This document shows, piece after piece, positions 25,126 through 31,628 of a stretch of DNA of 31,628 nucleotides. Origin of the DNA: a virus (Duplodnaviria > Caudoviricetes). The stretch is taken from positions 1 through 31,628 of IMG/VR virus record IMGVR_UViG_3300027906_000079; one strand, given 5' to 3'. The notes under the pieces are model-generated. The model saw only the letters and a list, made by a program, of their open reading frames with translations, was not told where the DNA came from and ran no database searches. Each line of letters begins with the position of its first letter. Position 1 is the first letter of the stretch. The position numbers and the translations under genes are program-made.

Positions 25126-26723
25126 TACGCCATTGCCTCTAGTTGTTGCATCATTTGATACATATGTTTAGCAGATGCTCTAGGGTCACCTTGTCCACCC
25201 ATAGCTTTGTCTAAGCCTTTCATAGCGTCTGCTGTTAGTACGAATTCATTTCTTGATAACATTGCAGGAACATCATCAGCTAGTTCTGGTCCACCCATAG
25301 GAATAAATCCTCCTGAGTTTCTATAATCTAGTTCCATGCCTTGAGGCACACCTGGAGCTGCTTGCATAATACCGCCCATGTTTTTATTTACACGACCACC
25401 ATATTTATATCCATATATTTCTTCATATAAAGCAACCATTTCTGGGTCTTTGTATTTTAGATATCTAGAGTCATTGTATTTACGACCACTTCTTTCGTAA
25501 GAATCGAAATAAGCTCTTAAAACTGCATCACGTTCTTGTTTATTTTTGAACTTTTCTTCTCTTATTGCTTTTTCTGCTGTTTGATAACTACCTGATGCAG
25601 CCAAAGCCCCTACAGTTTTTATTTGCTCTATAACATCTAAATCTTTAAAGTTAGCTAATAATTTGGCATCTCCCATTCCCAGTGTTTGTTGTAAGTCATC
25701 TAGACCAGGAGCAACATAATCAACAACACCTTCTGTAACGTTTTGCATGGTAGTTATATTACCCTCAAGAGCTTCAAAACCAGGTGTTGTTTCGAACATT
25801 TTTAATGCATCTTCTTCATTTACCTGCTTGAACAAATATTCACGATCTGCCAAATTTTTTGGATCTAGTTTATTGGCCTCTGTCACATTTGCGTTATACT
25901 CAGCAAACAGATCTTCGCCTTCTTGTGTAAGTTTCCTAGGGTCAGGTTTAGCTTCTACTGCAGAAACACCGTCCCTTAATTGTTGCTCCATTGCAGGACC
26001 CTTTAAGGTTGGATCGAAATTAGTATTAGGAATTAATTCTCTAATAGCGCCTGCGGCGTCTGTTGCATATAGTGCTGGATTATTAGCTTCTGCAAGTAAA
26101 TTTAAAGCGTCTCCAGGTCTTTCCATATACTTCCATGCTGGATTAGATTTATCAAGTATTGATCTCGTAGAATCGTCTACTCCCATTCCTAGTGTATTGT
26201 TAAACCAATCTGTACCAAAAGCACTCGTTCCTTCAAACATAGATTGAGTTGGTTGAAAAGCACGAGAAAGCCAGTTACCTGAGTTGGCAGCTGTTCCTCC
26301 AGCTAGATCACCACCACCTAACCAGTCTCCAATCGCTCCAGATACACGTTGTCCCCATGTTCCACCTTGATCTGCTGCGTTCCAAGCTTTGCTTGCATCG
26401 TAGCTGTTTCTAATATCTCTAGCTGTTTGTGTACTTGACGCTCCGTGTACTGCTAAGGCTGCAAGCGGATCTAATTGTCCATCGTTCTGTTTGGCTGAAC
26501 CAAGTTGTGCGAATGCATGAGCTCCAGCCGGACCAATTATTGGAACCAGTAGAGGAGCTAAAAAACTTGCATAAGGTGCAATTTCTTTGGGCATCAGCTT
26601 ATCAGCTGCACTATTCATAAAACTTGTTATTTCATTAGGAACGATTTTATCCATGATACCGCCCAGAAACTTGCCTTGCCTAATCCCTCGACTAAGTTGT
26701 TCATGTGCGTTTACAATACCCAT
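25125..26723 (-). CDS. Internal virion protein (532 aa)
   Basis: N-terminal hydrophobic APLLVPIIGPAGA; C-terminal GGFIPMG...ADDVPAMLSRNEFVLTADA motif, recalled from phage virion proteins. Confidence 0.65.
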   Translation of the reverse strand: MGIVNAHEQLSRGIRQGKFLGGIMDKIVPNEITSFMNSAADKLMPKEIAPYASFLAPLLVPIIGPAGAHAFAQLGSAKQNDGQLDPLAALAVHGASSTQTARDIRNSYDASKAWNAADQGGTWGQRVSGAIGDWLGGGDLAGGTAANSGNWLSRAFQPTQSMFEGTSAFGTDWFNNTLGMGVDDSTRSILDKSNPAWKYMERPGDALNLLAEANNPALYATDAAGAIRELIPNTNFDPTLKGPAMEQQLRDGVSAVEAKPDPRKLTQEGEDLFAEYNANVTEANKLDPKNLADREYLFKQVNEEDALKMFETTPGFEALEGNITTMQNVTEGVVDYVAPGLDDLQQTLGMGDAKLLANFKDLDVIEQIKTVGALAASGSYQTAEKAIREEKFKNKQERDAVLRAYFDSYERSGRKYNDSRYLKYKDPEMVALYEEIYGYKYGGRVNKNMGGIMQAAPGVPQGMELDYRNSGGFIPMGGPELADDVPAMLSRNEFVLTADAMKGLDKAMGGQGDPRASAKHMYQMMQQLEAMA

Positions 26724-26726
26724 TAA

Positions 26727-26972
26727 TTATTCTCCGGAGATTGACCCCATAGGAGGCATCTCTATAATTTTTATTTGTGTGTCGATGGCTTTGTGAACGG
26801 ACCATGATTGGCCACACTCGGAGCAGGTGCCGATTGCCTGTTCTTCCGAATCTACCTCATTCTCGCAATTTTTACAATAGATTCGTTGATATACTTCTGG
26901 CTGGATCATGGGTATTTCTTTGCCATTAACAACCTGCGTACCCAGCGTTTTAGCTTCTTGCACTTTTTTCAC
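26727..26972 (-). CDS. Small zinc-ribbon protein
   Basis: CKNC...CSEC. Confidence 0.7.
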   Translation of the reverse strand: MKKVQEAKTLGTQVVNGKEIPMIQPEVYQRIYCKNCENEVDSEEQAIGTCSECGQSWSVHKAIDTQIKIIEMPPMGSISGE

Positions 26973-27346
26973 TGTTTAATCTCCAATACTGAAACGGTCA
27001 CATGTAAAGCGTTATTTTGATTACTTTGTACTTTTAAGATATCACTATCTTCCATTACCAGCGGTTGGCGTAAAACTTCTTCATCGTGATATCCGGCCAG
27101 CCCAGCATTACCTACCGTCATAGTAATGTCTTTTAAAATATTAACTGTTTGATTTGCGGAAGCGTCATATAATTTAACACTAACTACAGAGGTACTAACA
27201 GGAGTACATAGTATAGATTTAACTAAAGCCTGTACTGGTTTTTGTGGTGGAACAGTTGAATCATCTGCTGTTGGCACCGTATAGACGCTGTAGTCTTGGT
27301 TTTGGTTTGCAACAATAGTTGTGGTATTCTTAAATGTATCTGCCAC
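26969..27346 (-). CDS. Beta-rich small structural/hypothetical protein
   Basis: Likely GTG start at 27346 (TAGTG overlap, AGGAGG RBS), giving MADTFKN...SVLEI. Confidence 0.65.
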   Translation of the reverse strand: MADTFKNTTTIVANQNQDYSVYTVPTADDSTVPPQKPVQALVKSILCTPVSTSVVSVKLYDASANQTVNILKDITMTVGNAGLAGYHDEEVLRQPLVMEDSDILKVQSNQNNALHVTVSVLEIKQ

Positions 27347-27528
27347 TAGGCCCCTCCTTCTCCTGCAAAGAACCAAGAACGAGCTGTAAGTTCTTCTCTT
27401 AAGTCTTGCTGGAATGTAAAGTTTAATTGATTAATAATACTTTCTAATTCTCTAATTAAAATATCTTGCTGAGAACGATCATAAGAATCTGTTGGTAAAG
27501 GTAATCTTGCTACATTAATTCTTGCCAT
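27346..27528 (-). CDS. Small hypothetical structural-module protein
   Basis: 60 aa, RLPLPTDSYD motif, coupled to neighbours on both sides. Confidence 0.65.
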   Translation of the reverse strand: MARINVARLPLPTDSYDRSQQDILIRELESIINQLNFTFQQDLREELTARSWFFAGEGGA

Positions 27529-29375
27529 TATCTTCTCCCGTCCGGTCTAATATCAAGTCGTAAAGTTCCAAACCTTAGATTAGCATCAGCTGCGGTTGTG
27601 TCTATCTTTAAGTTAGCTTGTCTCCCTCTACCTCGTACAGAAAACTGATTAGTAGTTGCACCAACGGTTGAAGTAAAAGTTCTAGTTGCTGTTGTTGCCG
27701 GATAGTTTTTAAAAGTTATTGTTATGCTTGCGGTTCCTGTTTGGTTTTTAAAATCAGGTATAACTCTTGAACAGTGAAATAAATCTTCACCATCTGCAAT
27801 ATCAAAATCACCAGATGTAATAGAACAAGGCATTGCATTACCAGCAGAATTAAATCCATCTTCATGGGCCCATAAATTAGATGCACCTGCAGTCACACCT
27901 TGTATAGCTCCTTGTGTTGGTATGTCTGCTGCTTTGTATTCCGTTGCGTATGGATTCGAATAAATACCTCTATCAATCCAAGCTGTTCTAGCAAAACCAC
28001 TGTTAGTATACCAAACATTTTCTAAGAAATTATATGTAACTGATCTGTTTAAAACTTGTGAATTATTAGATGGGTAGAACCAGGTTACTTCATTAAAATC
28101 TGTATTAACTGCAGCAAAAACTTGTTGTTGCGTAGTTGTATCAATATCATCAAATACAAAGTCCTGTACTGTACAATCTAATTTTTTAATCGCACCATCA
28201 AACATATAGAACGCTGTCTGGCTCATCCAAAAGGTTTGACCATTAACATCTACAACTGAACCTGGAGAAACTGCTCCACAGTTTGCACCAACTTGGTTAA
28301 GACCAAAAATAAAAGGTGGTCCAATATTATTTAATGAGTGGAGTGCTGTATCAGTCCATACAAGAATAGATCCCCTTGATCTAACAGCTGCTACAATCTT
28401 AGAACCATCTTGTATTCTAAATGAACCAGCAGAGTTAGTTGATGCCGGATTCCATAAGCTTGGATTTTCTTGTGAAGAAAAACGAAGAAATAAATCATCT
28501 CGTGTACTTGTTGATCCTACAGTTGTTTCCGTTCCAAATAAAAAAATATGTCTGTCAGGAGAAGATACTAATAAAAACTTAGAAGCTGTTGGCGATGTTG
28601 ACACCAATGCTGCAGGACTAGTTACCCCTGCTGATAAATCCCATTTATATAAAGCCCCATCATTTCTAATTGCTAATAGATCTTCACCAAAAGTATCAAA
28701 GCACCAATAAGTTGCATCAAGTACTAATGTTGACGATGAACGCGGAGTTCCCCATGTTCCTTGTCCCCATGTTCCTGTACCAAAACCTAACCCGTATGAA
28801 GATGTTGCCGTACCATTTGTTAAATCATAAGTGAAGGTAGCATTTCCAACACTAGGTGTACTGGATGCGTTTGCAGTTGCTGCTGGGTTAGTAACTTGTA
28901 TAGTATAAGAGTTTGCATCTGGCACAGTTAATATTTCAAATTCTTTATCATTTAGAACCAACGTATTTACTGCATTACCTAAGCTAGATATTTTTACAAA
29001 GTCACCAACAATAGCACCATGTGAAGCATCTGTTACAGTCACTATTGCTGAGTTGTTTGTTGTAGTAAAAGCATTAGAACGAACCTGTGTTCTTCTTACA
29101 GGAGTAATATCGTAGGCCAATCCTTCTGAATATACATATAATTTTCTGTCAGTACCTATTGCAACATGACGAACACCATTGAGAGAAACCCAACCTTTCA
29201 TAGATCGTGCTACACCAACTAAAGATAGAGAAAGAACAGAAGTCCAACCACCAATCTTTTCTGGTAGTCCTGAGCGGAAACGCATATTAGTAGAATCAAT
29301 CCATCTGCCTTCTGCTCCATACGCGGTGACTTGTTTGTCAATACCTGGCTTAAATTGTATTTTAGATAAAGGCAT
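27528..29375 (-). CDS. Tail nozzle/stabilisation-like protein (P22 gp10/T7 gp12 analogue) with inserted beta domain
   Basis: FKPGIDK...RFRSGLPEKIGGW start, propeller-like repeats, VTVTDASHG insert, RGRGRQ...DGRR end; synteny. Confidence 0.7.
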   Translation of the reverse strand: MPLSKIQFKPGIDKQVTAYGAEGRWIDSTNMRFRSGLPEKIGGWTSVLSLSLVGVARSMKGWVSLNGVRHVAIGTDRKLYVYSEGLAYDITPVRRTQVRSNAFTTTNNSAIVTVTDASHGAIVGDFVKISSLGNAVNTLVLNDKEFEILTVPDANSYTIQVTNPAATANASSTPSVGNATFTYDLTNGTATSSYGLGFGTGTWGQGTWGTPRSSSTLVLDATYWCFDTFGEDLLAIRNDGALYKWDLSAGVTSPAALVSTSPTASKFLLVSSPDRHIFLFGTETTVGSTSTRDDLFLRFSSQENPSLWNPASTNSAGSFRIQDGSKIVAAVRSRGSILVWTDTALHSLNNIGPPFIFGLNQVGANCGAVSPGSVVDVNGQTFWMSQTAFYMFDGAIKKLDCTVQDFVFDDIDTTTQQQVFAAVNTDFNEVTWFYPSNNSQVLNRSVTYNFLENVWYTNSGFARTAWIDRGIYSNPYATEYKAADIPTQGAIQGVTAGASNLWAHEDGFNSAGNAMPCSITSGDFDIADGEDLFHCSRVIPDFKNQTGTASITITFKNYPATTATRTFTSTVGATTNQFSVRGRGRQANLKIDTTAADANLRFGTLRLDIRPDGRR

Positions 29376-29379
29376 ACTA

Positions 29380-30681
29380 TTATGCTATTTCATAAATTGT
29401 CCAAGTTGCTTCTGCACCTAGATAATGATTATAGTTATTAGTCTGCAACCAGTGACCTCTACTTGTATTAACACCAAACCTACATGTATAAGATATAGCT
29501 GAAGTGGTATTAGGTGAATGTTGTGTTTGGCATGTTAATTGGTTCCAAATACCATTAGTACCAGTGGTGTTTGCAAAAGCACCAACGTTTGTACTACCAT
29601 CAAAAATAGACCAAATACAAGTTCCTCCTTGCGACGCATTAGTCATTGCTGTCGACAGAACATGCAACAGTTTACTACTAGCACTAGTAGGGGTAAAAGA
29701 GTGAGACATAACTTCAATACCTTCACTTGATGTAGGAGTTGTAGCATCAAAAGGAATTACCGAAGTAGTACTAAAGTTTGATGTACTTTCTACTACAGAA
29801 ATTTGTCTAACTATACCTCCAGAAGGTAAGCGTGCAGTTGGAATTGTTCCAGATGATATATTTGATCCGTTTATATTTGTTAAACTTGCCCCAGAGCCAC
29901 TAAATGTTGTTGCTGTTGCAGTTCCTGTAACTGTCAATCCACCACTAACTGTTTCCGCTTTTTTACTTCCATTATGATAAAGTTCTACTGCTCCTGCTGA
30001 TATAAATTTTCCCATGTCAGCACCAGCAGCATTTTGAACCTTAACATTAGTTGAGCCTTGAATTACTAAATCACCTGTTCCATCATCTTTTATATATGAA
30101 TTATTGGTGTCGTGCCAAATTTGTAGATCATTACTATCTCCAAATCTTGCTTTTACATTATCATTAAAATCAACTCCGTTAGCTCCTCCAACAAGTCCAG
30201 TTAAAGATGATCCATCCCCAGCATAAGAGGTAGCTGTTACTGTTCCCGACACTGTAACTCCCCCAGACGCTGTTGAAAATTTTAATGCATTATTGTGATA
30301 AGCATTAAATGCACCGGTTGATGAAGCATTAAACATATTGATTGAATTTTGATCATCTTTAAACACAACGCTGTCAGCGTTTACATTTAAGTTACCTGTA
30401 GAATTTTTAATGTAACCATTACTTCCATCCATATAAAGATCAAGATCAGTAGAACCACCAGTACCTAAATATAAATGAATATTATCATTAAGTGTTACGT
30501 TGCCGGTAAAGGTTCCACCAGTAGATCCAAACTTAGTGTTTAATTGTGTTTGAATTGACGTTGATGTATCTACGGTTTGAAACTCAGTATTGGTAACAGA
30601 ACCATCAGCAATGTTTGGTGCTTGTAGTGCTGTTATTAAGTTGCCCGCAAAGCTATATTTAACTGTTTCATATGTTGCCAT
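29380..30681 (-). CDS. Tail fibre protein
   Basis: G/S/T-rich; duplicated (L/F)NDN...G...DL module; SGSGASLTNINGSNISSGTIPTARL; C-terminal beta domain. Confidence 0.8.
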   Translation of the reverse strand: MATYETVKYSFAGNLITALQAPNIADGSVTNTEFQTVDTSTSIQTQLNTKFGSTGGTFTGNVTLNDNIHLYLGTGGSTDLDLYMDGSNGYIKNSTGNLNVNADSVVFKDDQNSINMFNASSTGAFNAYHNNALKFSTASGGVTVSGTVTATSYAGDGSSLTGLVGGANGVDFNDNVKARFGDSNDLQIWHDTNNSYIKDDGTGDLVIQGSTNVKVQNAAGADMGKFISAGAVELYHNGSKKAETVSGGLTVTGTATATTFSGSGASLTNINGSNISSGTIPTARLPSGGIVRQISVVESTSNFSTTSVIPFDATTPTSSEGIEVMSHSFTPTSASSKLLHVLSTAMTNASQGGTCIWSIFDGSTNVGAFANTTGTNGIWNQLTCQTQHSPNTTSAISYTCRFGVNTSRGHWLQTNNYNHYLGAEATWTIYEIA

Positions 30682-30683
30682 GA

Positions 30684-30977
30684 TTAACCTTTAGGATATT
30701 TATCCTTCACTGCTTTTATTGTTGCTTTCCATCCATCAACACCATTATGATATATATCATCAAGTTGTTCTACTAAAGCTGGATACTCTTCTTTACGTTG
30801 TCTTTGATACTCATTTGCTATGTATTCACTTTTTAATTGAGTTTGTTTAGCTACAATATCTTCTTTATCTATTGGAACTTCTCCAGCATCCCAAATTATA
30901 CTATCTAAGTCTTCATCAATAACAGTTACTTTTGCTTTTGGGTTGATTGCTAAAATTGCACTTAATATATCAGTCAT
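30684..30977 (-). CDS. Tail fibre assembly/chaperone-like protein
   Basis: YQRQRKEEYP...EQLDDIYH...WKATIKAVKDKYPK pattern typical of fibre-associated proteins; lies between fibre genes. Confidence 0.7.
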   Translation of the reverse strand: MTDILSAILAINPKAKVTVIDEDLDSIIWDAGEVPIDKEDIVAKQTQLKSEYIANEYQRQRKEEYPALVEQLDDIYHNGVDGWKATIKAVKDKYPKG

Positions 30978-31628
30978 CTATGCTCCTATTTCTACAGCTG
31001 TTATACTTGCACTACTGGCAATACCCCAGGGTGCGTTGTTATCTTGTGATCTATTTATTCTAATATTTGGGTTATATAAACCTCTAAACTGAAGCTTATA
31101 TTGAGTACTACTAGTCGTATTCGGTGAATCTAAAAAGTGAATCATAAAGTTATCATAGTTATTTGTTGATTGACCTAGACCAGCTATTGCGTTTGTTTGA
31201 CCGCCGCCAGTTCCATTACCTATTGCTGTCCCTGCTCTAAGTAATCTAAAAGCATAGGAACCGTTTGAACCCGTACCATCATCTACTACACCTATATTAC
31301 AAACTACTAAAACTTTGCTATTAGTAGCAGAAGGTGTAATGGATACATTTAAACCAGTTACATCAGTATAAGACGATGTAGTTGAAGACATATGACTTTG
31401 TGTGTTAGTTGATACCACTTGTAAAACTTTACCTAAACCACCTGGAAGTCTTGCTGAGTTAATTGTGCCAGAAGATATATTTGATGCATTCAAACTTGTT
31501 ATATTAGAGCCACTAAAAGTAGGTGTTCCATAGCGAGCATTAGGAATTGTACCAGAGGCTAAATTAGATGCGTTCAAACTTGTTATACTAGCACCATTTA
31601 AAGCAGGGTAAGTTCCTGTTAAGTTGGC
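30978..31628 (-). CDS. Tail fibre protein, 5'-truncated by the window edge
   Basis: The frame stays open to 31628 (ANLTGTYPALNGASITSLNASNL...); GKVLQVVS...ITPSATNSKVLV...SITAVEIG fibre domain. Confidence 0.82.
   Translation of the reverse strand, partial: ANLTGTYPALNGASITSLNASNLASGTIPNARYGTPTFSGSNITSLNASNISSGTINSARLPGGLGKVLQVVSTNTQSHMSSTTSSYTDVTGLNVSITPSATNSKVLVVCNIGVVDDGTGSNGSYAFRLLRAGTAIGNGTGGGQTNAIAGLGQSTNNYDNFMIHFLDSPNTTSSTQYKLQFRGLYNPNIRINRSQDNNAPWGIASSASITAVEIGA
31483..31587. repeat. Near-identical 21-bp direct repeat in the fibre gene
   Basis: gatgc(a/g)ttcaaacttgttata at 31483-31503 and 31567-31587; 84-bp (28-aa) period encoding ITSLNAS. Confidence 0.85.

Noticed and set aside
1885-29730. 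Many plus-strand ORFs in the track (e.g. 1885-2094, 2856-3083, 5850-6263, 7300-7590, 9750-10097, 18367-18861, 25747-26247, 29179-29421) and minus-strand 12310-12555
   Set aside because: They are antisense shadows of well-supported genes, with no recognisable motifs.
1-31628. tRNA, rRNA, integrase/att site, capsid, portal, terminase
   Set aside because: None was recognisable by eye; they may lie outside the window. tRNAscan and HMM searches were not run.

Overview
This is about 31.6 kb of an AT-rich dsDNA tailed-phage genome, most likely a marine podovirus. From recollection, not a database search, the layout resembles HTVC023P-type/uvMED pelagiphage-like phages. Almost all genes are on the minus strand; the exception is a plus-strand SNF2 helicase. 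The right arm is structural: tail fibres with a chaperone, a tail nozzle-like protein, and a series of internal virion/ejection proteins (532, 539, 427 and 2477 aa), followed by a holin-like gene and an M15 peptidase endolysin. The middle is a replication module: SSB-like protein, AEP primase, HTH protein, SF1 helicase, DUF3310, family A DNA polymerase (Leu762 type) and a PD-(D/E)xK nuclease. The left arm is accessory: an RHH regulator, Zn-finger, 2OG-Fe(II) oxygenase, stand-alone TSCPD/NrdJb-like domain, adhesin-like protein, cupin-like protein and a truncated Delta-9-type desaturase. I added four ORFs missing from the ORF track. No capsid, terminase, portal, integrase, tRNA or CRISPR array was seen. 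Best leads: (i) a modular 2477-aa virion protein with an embedded HTH/HNH-like region and GG motifs shared across ejection proteins; (ii) an adhesin-cupin-desaturase cassette; (iii) a divergent ~50-nt sRNA with an anti-SD seed matching a structured RBS upstream of the primase.
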